DNA from: Candidatus Delongbacteria bacterium
GTDB lineage: Bacteria > CAIWAD01
Length of the DNA stretch: 64,000 bases
Assembly: GCA_963663545.1 (NCBI GenBank)
Contig: OY760505.1
Span: 3,584,001 to 3,648,000, forward strand
Direction of reading: 5' to 3'
Positions 50,036 to 59,848 of the stretch are shown here, one piece after another. A program made the translations under genes and the position numbers. The notes under the pieces were generated by a model that saw only the letters and a program-made list of their open reading frames with translations, made no database searches and was not told where the DNA came from. Numbering within the stretch: position 1 is the stretch's first letter; each line of letters opens with the position of its first letter.

Positions 50036-51892
50036 ATGAAATCTCGAGCGCAAAAGCAAGCGCAAAATAAAATCAAAACGGCGTCAGCAAGCAAATCAGC
50101 CAAAGCGCCGCTGCAAATTCAACAAGAATTCGATTTTGAGAGCGCCGAAGGTGAGCCGCAAAATAAAGCAATTTATTACGGCGAATTGGAGATTATTCCC
50201 ACAATCGGCGGAGATTGCTATATTTTGGACGATTGCCGCTGTGTGATGAGCGAGAGAGGCTTTGCCAGGCTTCTGAGAATCTCCCATATCGCCCTAAGGG
50301 GCATGTTAGGAAACTGGCCGCCAAAAACGCTGGAACCCTTTTGTAATAAGGCCTTGACCGTTATAACTACTTTGGCCGAAGTGACCGCAAAAAACTGTCC
50401 GTACAAAGGTCGTAAGATAGTGGTCTATGATGTCCCGCTTATGGAGGAAATCATCCGCACCTATGCCCTGGCCTATGCCAATGGCTGTCTGCGGCGCAAT
50501 CAGCTTCATCTGGGTGAAACCTGCGCCGATTTGCTGAAGGCACTGATCAAAACGTCGCTGTCAATGCGCATCGAATTGTCGTGCGGCTTGCAGCCGTGCC
50601 CGCAACAAGTGGTCAGGCGCTGCCATTGGGACACCATCTACCAGAGAGCCAGGAACCTGATGTATGCAGCGCTCAAACTGGCCTATCCTTATCGCAACAG
50701 GAAGAAATATCGTGGCTTGATGTCCAATTCCTTTGGCTATGTCTACAAGGCGTTTCTGGGCAAGAAACTGTATAAGGAGATCCAACAGAAACGCGACAAA
50801 AGGTTTGCGATACATCAATACATCGAAGACAATGTGCTTCGGCGTCGTTGCGTAGGCTATACCTTGATGCTGGCCAACGTGATCGCCGGCGACCACTGTC
50901 GTATCACTGCAGCCAAAGAACCAGGGTGGGCTGCGGTGCAAAAATTGATTGCCGTGCAAACTCCGGGACTGGTAGCGATTTCGGGCAAGCAGCAGTCGGA
51001 GTTGATAAATGCAGCGGGGCAGCTAGAGGAGATGCGGGCGGTATATTATGGCCAGGTAAATATCGCCGGCAAAAGCGGCGATGGCTATATCTTGCAGGAC
51101 GGGGTCGTTGGGCTTAGCGAGAATGCCCTGGCTATATTTATGGGGATGAGCCAGGTGGCATTGTTCATGATCGGTAAAAACGGGCTTCCGCAAAAGCTGC
51201 GCCAGTTCCTGGAGCCGGAAGAGCAGATCAAGCCGCTGCTAGTGAAGGTCGTCGCCGCCAACAGCCCCCATCGCGGGCGCTATATCAACTTTTACCCGGT
51301 GGCCGATGTCGAGATGTTGCTGCGAGCTTATGCCTTTGCTTTTTTGAGCGGCAAACTGTAAAAGAACCAGCGCCAAATCGGCAGCACCTGCCTGCAACTG
51401 GTGATTCACCTGGCGCGTTGGGCTTTCGAGGTGGTAATACTGAATGCCTGTGGGGTGGGAGTTAAGCGCTGGGAGACAATGCAGCGGGAATTTCGCAAAG
51501 GTTTGCTGGAGGAAGAGCACCATTTTTTGCTCGGAGCCGTGGCCATCGCCTATCCGAAATTGTCGCAGGAGAAACGCCACGCCATAGTGGCCTCGGCTTT
51601 TCGCTTTGGCTATAAGGATGTGCTTGACAACGAGGAACGGAACCGGCTTAACGGTAAAAGCAGCCCACTGCATCAACATATCGAGGCCGCAGAGACCCGT
51701 AACAAGCTGAGCCGGTATCTGTTGGTGATTGCCGGACAAATGGTTCTTGGCTCCGGCCTTAGACTAGCCCGGCAGCGAACGCGAATCATCAGTGATGACA
51801 TGGAAGAGGCGTTGAAGCAGCCGGTGGCACCGGATGACGAAGAGGAAGAGCAGCAAGCTGACAACGGGAACGAGCAAAAGCAGCAGCAATAG
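50036..51892 (+). pseudogene. Double P63C-like module protein with in-frame TAA at 51359-51361
   Basis: RBS aaggagg; modules GDCYILDD..MSERG..IHQYI and GDGYILQD..LSEN..LHQHI; both ORF pieces share a frame. Confidence 0.7.
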
Positions 51893-52003
51893 AACTGGTT
51901 TCTTGGTGTTGAATTTGCCGCAGACACCTTAAGCACTTCATCTACCACAACGATGCCGGGGGTATTTCAAAGTTGGGGGAGGCTAAAAAATAGCATTCTT
52001 CAA

Positions 52004-52359
52004 AATGGTGCCAGGCATCATCCTAATAAATCATAAATGGTGCCAGGCATCATCCTAATTAACCTCGGGCAGTGCCGAAGAAGAGGTGCCAGATAAAAGC
52101 GTGTTTTGTCCCGAGATAGCACCGGCATCAAAGTTACCGGGTTAAAAATGGTGCCAGGCATCATCCTAATCATCCTAATAAATCATAAATGGTGCCAGGC
52201 ATCATCCTAATTAACCTCGGGCAATGCCGAAGAAGAGGTGCCAGATAAAAGCGTGTTTTGTCCCGAGATAGCACCGGCATCAAAGTTACCGGGTTAAAAA
52301 AGGTGCCAGGCATCATCCTCATTTCAAAAATAAAAGGTGCCAGGCATCATCCTCATTTC
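52004..52359 (+). repeat. Left REP array of RAYT copy 2
   Basis: 6 REP copies and two copies of the taacctcgggc...ccgggttaaaaa block. Confidence 0.92.
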
Positions 52360-52511
52360 AGAACACTTAGAAAAAAAATTTTGCAAAATGCGAAAAAAAT
52401 GGCCATTTTTGCCCAGACAAATCGCTATCTTGTCCAACCGTCGGTTATAATGGGAAATTATTTTTGACTATTCCATTAATTCCATTACTCTATTAGTGAG
52501 ATTCCATTATT

Positions 52512-53231
52512 ATGAGACCCCCAAGAATAAGCTTCGCCGGCGGAGTTTACCATGTAGTTATTCGTTGCAATAACCGCGAGTATGGATTCAAGGGCAATGA
52601 TGATTTTGCCCTATACCTGAGAATCCTATTAGAGGCAAAAAAGCAATATCCCGTAAAAGTCTATGCTTACTGTCTAACGCACAACCACGTACATTTGCTG
52701 GTTGCCACCCCCGATAAAGACAACCTATCCGATTTCATGCGTCACCTCAACGGAAACTTCGCCAAAGCTTACAACAAAAGACATGGCCGAACCGGTCACT
52801 TTTGGGGTGAGCGTTTTTTCAGCACCGTGATCGAGACCAGCTCACAGTTTTTCAAGACCGTAGCCTACATTGAGCTAAACATGCTGCGCAACAGAGCAGT
52901 AGACAGCCCGGAAAAATGGCGCTGGAGCAGCTATAATGCTCATGCCTACGGCCATGAAGATCAGGTTCTAGATTTCCATAAGATGTATTTAGAGCTAGGC
53001 CAGACTCCCCAAGAACGGCAACAGACCTACCGCGAAATAATCGCTGACCACATTGCCAAACAGGGGCTACAAAAAGATCCAGCGATTTCTGCCGGAATTA
53101 TCACCGGCAGCATTGCTTTTGTTCAGGGCCTCCTAGAAAAATTAGGCGAGCGCCTTTCCTATTACCACAATCGCAAGATATATGCTTGGGGTGAACACGT
53201 TTCCATAAGACGCAACGATTTCCCCGTGTAA
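52512..53231 (+). mobile_element. RAYT copy 2
   Basis: Same protein as copy 1 except K>R in LRN(K/R)AV; flanks nearly identical. Confidence 0.93.
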
Positions 53232-53432
53232 TACGCTTTCGCTTTTATCTGCTACTGTTTGCTTTTCTCTACTACAACCATACTCTGTCTACATTTCGCC
53301 ATTTTTTGTATTTTAATGCCGTTTTTAGTCTTCTGCTGGACTCCTATCCAAATTTCTGCAAATCTAATCCGTATTTTATCCGAATACTAACCTTTTTGTT
53401 GCCATATCTGACATCATTGTAAGCTTTTTTTT

Positions 53433-53599
53433 GCTCCGATGCCTGGCACCATTGCTCCGATGCCTGGCACCATTGCTCATTGCTCATGCCTGGCACCATT
53501 GCTCCGACACCATTTCTTTTCCTGGCACCATTGCTCCGATGCCTGGCACCATTGCTCATTGCTCATGCCTGGCACCATTGCTCCGACACCATTTCTTTT
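53433..53599 (-). repeat. Right REP array of RAYT 2
   Basis: 6 CCTGGCACC copies; exact 79-bp tandem duplication 53442-53520/53521-53599. Confidence 0.92.
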
Positions 53600-53648
53600 A
53601 AGCAAATAATTTGCTCGACCATCGAATCATCGACCATAGTCCATCGTT

Positions 53649-53735
53649 TCCGAACGTGTCGCATAACCGACGTTGTAAAGCAGCGTCGCTTAGCTCTGCT
53701 GCTTTACAACGTTCAAGTTGACGCGGTTATTAGGC
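53649..53735 (-). other. Integron attC site
   Basis: R'' GCCTAAT, L'' CGCGTCAAC with extra base, perfect 15-bp stem ACGTTGTAAAGCAGC/GCTGCTTTACAACGT, L' GTTATGCG, R' GTTCGGA. Confidence 0.75.
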
Positions 53736-54379
53736 GTTTTCGTGATTTTATATAATTTAGTTGCCACAAAAGATAAGAAACCTAGTGACAGCAATAATTC
53801 AACGGGCTCTTGATCTCTCCATAAAAGAAAGCCTCCAGACGGATGAATAATATAATCAAACAAGGTGTAAATAAAAAAAACAAAAAAGAAATACGAACTT
53901 ATAAACCAATCAGGAATGACAAACTCCACCATACGACGAAACTTCGTCTTGGCTCTCGATACAAATAGCCATGCAAATGCCCCATAAGCCCCTGTTAGTA
54001 TATAGAATTTATGTAGTAAAGGTTGCACTATATCTAAATTATGAAGCGATATTTCATTTTGAACATTGTGTTGTTTAAAGTAATCAGGGGGTTCGATAGA
54101 AAAAATCCTTTGCCCCCAACTTATTTCTTCTATGGCTACAAATAAAAGTCCGATAGCCAATATTCCGTACAAAACACCATGTAAGGTTAGTCCATACTTT
54201 AGATAATATTTTACAACAGGAAGTAAAATTATCGACGATAGAAGGTAAATAAAAGCTTGTGCATATTCAATAATTGAGTCCTCTTGAATTAGCGACAAAT
54301 ATGTATCCGGTGACATCACCTTTATACATAGAAAAATCAAAAATAGCGCTATCGGAAAAAAAAAGATAAAAATTTTCAT
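53690..54379 (-). CDS. AT-rich membrane protein of unknown function (cassette gene)
   Basis: EDSIIE, EEISWGQRIF..NVQNEISLHN; ORF ends inside attC. Confidence 0.8.
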   Translation of the reverse strand: MKIFIFFFPIALFLIFLCIKVMSPDTYLSLIQEDSIIEYAQAFIYLLSSIILLPVVKYYLKYGLTLHGVLYGILAIGLLFVAIEEISWGQRIFSIEPPDYFKQHNVQNEISLHNLDIVQPLLHKFYILTGAYGAFAWLFVSRAKTKFRRMVEFVIPDWFISSYFFFVFFIYTLFDYIIHPSGGFLLWRDQEPVELLLSLGFLSFVATKLYKITKTPNNRVNLNVVKQQS

Positions 54380-54462
54380 GTGATAGTTTTCCTTTCTTCC
54401 ATTAACTTGCTAATGGTCAATGTCCGAGGTAATGTGCAGGCTGTATGGAAACATGTTCTCTC

Positions 54463-54567
54463 AAAATGGTGTCAGGCATCATATCATTTCATTTTTTTTG
54501 CTCCGATGCCTGGCACCATTACCTCTTTAATTTTTTTTGCTCCGATGCCTGGCACCATTACCTCTTT
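54463..54567. mobile_element. Miniature non-autonomous derivative of the RAYT element (REPIN-like)
   Basis: Left end aaatggtgtcaggcatcatatcatttca joined to right end ttttttttgctccgatgcctggcaccatt, the latter duplicated. Confidence 0.8.
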
Positions 54568-54638
54568 ACCTCTTTACTTCTTGGAAGGTAGAGGTATAAT
54601 GGTTACCGTCTCGATATAGGTATAATACACGAAAACCA

Positions 54639-54883
54639 ATGCCAAATAGATGGATATTATGGATGCTACTGGTAATAGCGGCGCTGCCGGTATGGAGTCA
54701 AGAGAGCCGAGGTTTGAAAGTGTTATACAAAGACCAGGGTGGCGGCAAACAAGAAGAGCAGCTCTACCAAAAAAGTTATGCGCTATTGATCGGAGCCAGC
54801 GGCTACCGTAATGGCTGGCCGATGCTGTCGGGAGTGAAAAAAGATCTGGCCGCAGTGGAAAAAGTTTTGCGCACCCATCGTTT
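54639..54883 (+). pseudogene. N-terminal fragment of a secreted caspase-like (C14) protein
   Basis: Signal peptide; LYQKSYALLIG.S.Y..GWP.L.GV..D; cut by the family C half. Confidence 0.7.
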
Positions 54884-55212
54884 ACGAATTACGAATCACG
54901 AAAATCGTCCATCGATGTCGCTTCGCGAGAAAGAGGTTTTTGCCGAAATTATGGGATTACGCCCTCCCTAATTACCTTTTTAACAGGGAGTACCTATTTT
55001 GCCAATAACATTTTGATTTTTTTTCATGCCAGTTAGAGTCAAGGTTTCAGCACGATTATCCTCTATACCCCAGGCAAATAAAGGCTGAAGCATTACTGCG
55101 TAAGTCCTGCTTCTAACTTCCAATAAGTAAATAGGTTATTCTACCACAAAATTTATGAGAACGTGTGGCCCGACGTATTGCCACACGCCTGAATCATCCC
55201 TGCCTGCCCAAA

Positions 55213-55286
55213 TCTGTAATTGAGGAGCGACGCCGCCAGGGAGCAAAAGGGCAAACCAAAGGGATAAATTATTTCTTGCCGGATCC
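55213..55286 (-). mobile_element. Partial MITE family A
   Basis: Half core and one TIR. Confidence 0.8.
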
Positions 55287-55303
55287 TTAGCAAGTACCCG
55301 GCA

Positions 55304-56542
55304 TCAACGATTTTGGATTGCCAGATATAGCTTTTGCGCATATTTACGGCGGCGGCGGTGTTTGGTGATGCCATCGGGGGCAGGCACGTTGGCGATTAGG
55401 GCATCGATAATTTCATCGGGAGTAATGCCGTCGGCTTCGGCCCGATAATTAAGGATAATGCGATGGCGCATTACTGCATGCATGATGGTACGAATATCGG
55501 CGGCCTCGGCGTTGGCGCGACCGTGGAGCATGGCTCGAGTTTTCGCTCCGATAATCAGCCCTTGCGCAGCGCGAGGGCTGGCGCCCCAGGCGACAAAATC
55601 TTTTATGGATTGGGGGGCACTCGCGTTCTGAGGACGAGAACTGCGCACTAACTCGATAGCGTAGTGCATGACGCTGCTGGGAATTTCGATGCGTTTGACA
55701 ATGCTTAACAATTCCAGGATCTTGTCCTGCGATAGCACCGGAGCTAAACTTACCGGGTCGGAGGAAACCGTCAGCCGCATGATGCGATATTCTTCCTCAG
55801 GGAACGGATAATCAAGAAGTAAGTTGAACATGAACCGATCGAGTTGGGCCGCAGGCAAAGGGTAGGTTCCCTCTTGTTCGATCGGGTTTTGCGTGGCCAG
55901 GACAAAAAACGGCGGCGTCAATACCATGCGGCGACCGATCGAGGTAACGGTACGTTCTTCCATAGCTTCCAATAGCGCCGCCTGAGTTTTGGGCGGGGTG
56001 CGGTTGATTTCGTCGGCGAGTATGATATTGGCGAATATCGGCCCCTGCAAAAAAGTGAACTGGCGTACTTTAGTGTTTTCTTCCTGAACCAGGATTTCGC
56101 TGCCGGTAATATCGGAAGGCATCAGGTCGGGAGTGAACTGAATCCGCGAAAATTTCAAATCGAGCAAATCGGCCAGCGAGCGAATAAGTAAAGTTTTGGC
56201 CAATCCCGGCACCCCGACCAGTAAAGCGTGATTGCCACTGAAGATACAGATCAATAATTGCTCAATCACCTCCTTCAAACCGACAATCCGCTTTTGTAAT
56301 TGTTGGGTGATGACCTGAAAACTGTCAGCGATAGCCTGGATCATCTGCCGTTGCTGGGGGGTCAGCGTCTTGCTCTTGATGATTACAATTGACGCCGGGG
56401 AGGGCGCTGGTTGATAGTAGGGTTCTACCGCCTTACCCCCGGGCTCTGATGTCGGTTGCGGTAGTGGCCGCTCCGGCTCAGTATTAGTTGATGGCGGCTG
56501 CTGGCTATCGTCGGTTGGAAACATGGAATCGGAGTTATGCAT
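55304..56542 (-). CDS. MoxR-family AAA+ ATPase
   Basis: GVPGLAKT, RIQFTPDLMPSD, LADEINR, ATQNPIEQEGTYPLP. Confidence 0.95.
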   Translation of the reverse strand: MHNSDSMFPTDDSQQPPSTNTEPERPLPQPTSEPGGKAVEPYYQPAPSPASIVIIKSKTLTPQQRQMIQAIADSFQVITQQLQKRIVGLKEVIEQLLICIFSGNHALLVGVPGLAKTLLIRSLADLLDLKFSRIQFTPDLMPSDITGSEILVQEENTKVRQFTFLQGPIFANIILADEINRTPPKTQAALLEAMEERTVTSIGRRMVLTPPFFVLATQNPIEQEGTYPLPAAQLDRFMFNLLLDYPFPEEEYRIMRLTVSSDPVSLAPVLSQDKILELLSIVKRIEIPSSVMHYAIELVRSSRPQNASAPQSIKDFVAWGASPRAAQGLIIGAKTRAMLHGRANAEAADIRTIMHAVMRHRIILNYRAEADGITPDEIIDALIANVPAPDGITKHRRRRKYAQKLYLAIQNR

Positions 56543-56583
56543 CAGCCAGGTTCTCCTTAGCGAAAGCAATTCGTACACACGGC

Positions 56584-58776
56584 CTAGATTCCCTGGATTA
56601 ACTTGGTGAATTCCTCATATGCCGCTGAATCTTTGTCGCCGCGCTTTTTGGGCATTTTATTTTCAATCTTTCTTAACGATCGTTTTAGCACTGATGTTTG
56701 CCCTTCGGCAATTTTGAGGCAAACTTTGATCAAAGGTAAAACCACTCCTCCCTGTTCGGCGTTATCTATGCAGGTTTGCATTCCTAGTTGCAGCGCTCGT
56801 GCTTTCTTGTTATGCGCGGCCAATTCCTGACACTGGGCTACGCGCAATTGGATTTGCAAATCCGGACGCTCGCGATAGAGCGCGAAAATTTGACGATAGT
56901 ACTGTTGGCGCTGTTGTTGCTGGTCAGGAGGAATACAATCGATGAAATTCTGCAAACAGAGCATAGTCAAGTCTGGATGCTCTTTCAGCGCTTTCTTCAT
57001 GACAGTTACATATTTTAATCCCTGCTTCTTCGACAGCGTACCCGATTTCATATGCGCCATTAACAAATCCCAGGCTGGCTTGACGAACGCATTTATCTTT
57101 AGGGCATAGCAAGTAAGCTTCAAAGATTCCTGGGGGTGACGTTCTTGCAATGAAGCGGCAATCCGGGTCAAAATCCGCGCTTGCATATAATCACTGTAGG
57201 AATATGAGACCCCTTCGTACATCATAGCAATAAAGCGGTCAAGATTTAGGGTGCGGGTCTGGGGATCAAAAATTTCACCAGTATAAAAGGTATCGAAACT
57301 ATAGCGTCCGGTGAAATTCAATAAGTTTTTGCCGCGTTTTCGCTCCAGATAACCGGCCCAGGCATGATGGCCGCCATATTTACTTTGCCCAGAAACTTTC
57401 ATCGAGGGAATGCCGAAAGATTTACAGGTTCGTGTCATAAAATGCGCCTGGTCGCCGCAGATCCCTCCACTTTCAAAAATATTAGGCAGGATGTAATCGC
57501 GACTGCCCAAGGCGATTCTGCCGCTTTTCTGTCGTTTTTCATCATAACGAACTAATTCATATAGCTGATGCAACCGGCTTCGACGGTTGCCAAATTTCTT
57601 TAGCGCCCAAAAAATTTCGTCGCGACTGATATCGAGATTGACAACATGCACTAAAAATGGCCATTGTAAAGTATCTGGACGAAAGACGAAATATCGGCGG
57701 AACCTGGCGTGGGTAAAATAATTGAAAACATCATGATAGGATAACAACGGTTTGAACTGGTCGAGCTCATATCCCCAAATACAGCGATGGCGACAGGAAA
57801 TAACCGCATCGGGATCATCCCACACTACGGCGATAGCGATGGCAAGATGATAAAAGCGTTTTATTTGTTGCGGGTGCTTTTGCCGCAGTTCTTCGAAGAT
57901 TGCAATTGCTTTGCCGATGTTATCGTATTCATCATTCAAGGCCAGCCAGAACGCATCGCGCACTTTAGGATTTTTGCTCAGCCACGCGATCAGGCTGGCT
58001 GGCGTTTTATAAACTGCGCGACAATAGTTTTCAATCCGATCGACATAATTTCGCAACAATTTGCCGGCATTAGTGGTGGAAATTTTATTTTGGCTCACCA
58101 ACAGAATATCTTCCTCACTGATGCAAGGGAATGGGCGGAAAAAAGGGGTGCTAGTACTAAAGGTTCCGGGGGTGCTATATTTATAGATTTTTTGGCGAAC
58201 CTGGCGCTGGTTCTTGTGACTTAGTTCTTCAATTTTTTTATATAGCCGCGACTGGCCGCTTTTGATTTTGTGCTGCTGGCACCAGACAACCAGGTCCAGG
58301 TATTTACCGATATCCTGGATAGATTCCGCTTCCTTGAGTCGTTGCCAATAGGTTTTGATTAAGTCGTCAGCAGTTTGTAAACGGGCCAATGCTTTGCGGG
58401 CTACATCATTGTTCGGATCAAGTTTTAGTATGCGCTGGTAGAGTTCTGGCAATTTGCTGTATAAACGATATTTCTGGCACCAGGCGATCAATTGGAAGTA
58501 CATTCTGACGTCTTTGCTGGCATCTGCTTGCTGGAGATGTTTGTAGTAAGCTTTAGTCAACATAATTGCCATTTTTCTAATCATTTCTTTCCGCTGTTGT
58601 GGAGTCAATGCTTTTTGCCGCTGCCCATTTTGTTGACATGATAACGGATTGGCTGACAACAACATTATCCAAATTGTAATCAGCAACATAAGCGACAGCG
58701 AAAATCTGTCGAGTGGCCTGGTAAATTTACGTTTGGCTGAATAGTTCATGGGCACGCTCCTATGAAACTTAGTCAC
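56584..58776 (-). CDS. Large secreted/membrane protein with transglutaminase-like motif
   Basis: GGICGDQA..GIPS..HHAW. Confidence 0.6.
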   Translation of the reverse strand: MTKFHRSVPMNYSAKRKFTRPLDRFSLSLMLLITIWIMLLSANPLSCQQNGQRQKALTPQQRKEMIRKMAIMLTKAYYKHLQQADASKDVRMYFQLIAWCQKYRLYSKLPELYQRILKLDPNNDVARKALARLQTADDLIKTYWQRLKEAESIQDIGKYLDLVVWCQQHKIKSGQSRLYKKIEELSHKNQRQVRQKIYKYSTPGTFSTSTPFFRPFPCISEEDILLVSQNKISTTNAGKLLRNYVDRIENYCRAVYKTPASLIAWLSKNPKVRDAFWLALNDEYDNIGKAIAIFEELRQKHPQQIKRFYHLAIAIAVVWDDPDAVISCRHRCIWGYELDQFKPLLSYHDVFNYFTHARFRRYFVFRPDTLQWPFLVHVVNLDISRDEIFWALKKFGNRRSRLHQLYELVRYDEKRQKSGRIALGSRDYILPNIFESGGICGDQAHFMTRTCKSFGIPSMKVSGQSKYGGHHAWAGYLERKRGKNLLNFTGRYSFDTFYTGEIFDPQTRTLNLDRFIAMMYEGVSYSYSDYMQARILTRIAASLQERHPQESLKLTCYALKINAFVKPAWDLLMAHMKSGTLSKKQGLKYVTVMKKALKEHPDLTMLCLQNFIDCIPPDQQQQRQQYYRQIFALYRERPDLQIQLRVAQCQELAAHNKKARALQLGMQTCIDNAEQGGVVLPLIKVCLKIAEGQTSVLKRSLRKIENKMPKKRGDKDSAAYEEFTKLIQGI

Positions 58777-58777
58777 A

Positions 58778-59848
58778 TTAGATATTGGGTTGGCAAATTT
58801 TGAAGAATGCTAGACTATCGGTTGCTTCTCTATCGCTTGTATCTAGTTGGCGATACAAAATGGTGGCAACTTTTTGCAAGTTTTCGTCTTTCTCTACTTT
58901 ACTCAAAGCATAACGAATGGCACTCTCACTGCCGGCGCCAAAATTTTCCTGGAGTTGTTTATTTCCCGCAGCCAGTAATTTTTTAGCCAAAAAAATGGCG
59001 ACATAACGCGGTCGCGCCAGCTTATGGCCAGTTTTTCTTTGCTGTAACACCAGGGGAGAAGGCAAACGATAATAGGCGGCCACTTCTTGCAAAATTTGTT
59101 CGATAGTAATTTGCCTGGAAACCTTTATTTGTGCTTGCAGCAATTTTTCCGCTACTGACATGGTCAGCGCAAATTTTCGTGCTGCAAATATTACGAATAA
59201 TTTATGGATCATTTTTTTGAAGTCGCCGAAGTGACCAGGAAAACTATTACATATCGCAGCGACAGCTTGCTGCTCGGTCACGATTTTATGCAAGCGGGCC
59301 AATTGTAGAGTATACTCGATAATCCTTTCGCGAGAAAGCGGACAAACTTTGATCGCCAGCCCATTGGTTAATTTCGCGATAAGATCGGCCCGTAAAGGCG
59401 CTTCTTTGATATGTACCCGACTGCTCAACACCACCGGGCGACATTTTTGATGCAGGCTGGCGATAGTGAACATTAATTCCTGTTGGGTCTTGATCTTGTT
59501 TTCGAGAAGATGCAAGTCATCCAAAAACAATATATCGCAAGAGCGGTAGACTTCGCGGAATCCCTGATAATGTTTTTGGCGCAACGATTGGCGATAGGCG
59601 TGGTGAAACTCTTCGGCTGGCGTATATAGGATGTTCACCTCCGGGTAGCGTTGCGTGATCTCTTTGGCAATGCCTTTCATTAAATGCGATTTGCCCGACT
59701 GCTGCGGACCATAAAATACAACCGGATTATACTCGCTGGCCAGGCTCCTGGCCAGACTATCGGCAATACGATAGGCCAGATCATTACCGGGATCAACGAT
59801 GAATTCTTGTAAATAGCAGGCTTTTACCTGGTTGCTGCAACCGGTCAA
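58778..59848 (-). CDS. DnaA-like protein (AAA+ and C-terminal domain, no domains I/II)
   Basis: YNPVVFYGPQQSGKSHL, FREVYRSCDILFLDDL, KTQQEL, ARPRYVAIFL. Confidence 0.85.
   Translation of the reverse strand: MTGCSNQVKACYLQEFIVDPGNDLAYRIADSLARSLASEYNPVVFYGPQQSGKSHLMKGIAKEITQRYPEVNILYTPAEEFHHAYRQSLRQKHYQGFREVYRSCDILFLDDLHLLENKIKTQQELMFTIASLHQKCRPVVLSSRVHIKEAPLRADLIAKLTNGLAIKVCPLSRERIIEYTLQLARLHKIVTEQQAVAAICNSFPGHFGDFKKMIHKLFVIFAARKFALTMSVAEKLLQAQIKVSRQITIEQILQEVAAYYRLPSPLVLQQRKTGHKLARPRYVAIFLAKKLLAAGNKQLQENFGAGSESAIRYALSKVEKDENLQKVATILYRQLDTSDREATDSLAFFKICQPNI

Larger units (their letters stand above)
53601..54962 (+). repeat. Family C repeat split into halves (53601-53649 and 54875-54962) around ~1.2 kb of cargo
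   Basis: Halves join to give the 16891 copy; CCATCGTTT at both junctions. Confidence 0.75.

Noticed and set aside
51359..51361. Stop-codon reassignment
   Set aside because: TAA ends many neighbouring genes normally; one nonsense change or an error is simpler.
47261..53599. REP arrays as a CRISPR array
   Set aside because: The repeat is only about 13-21 nt, intervening sequences are irregular and themselves duplicated, and no cas genes are present.
54639..54971. Intact 110-aa gene or DGR target
   Set aside because: The C-terminus is translated repeat DNA, and no reverse transcriptase or template repeat was seen.
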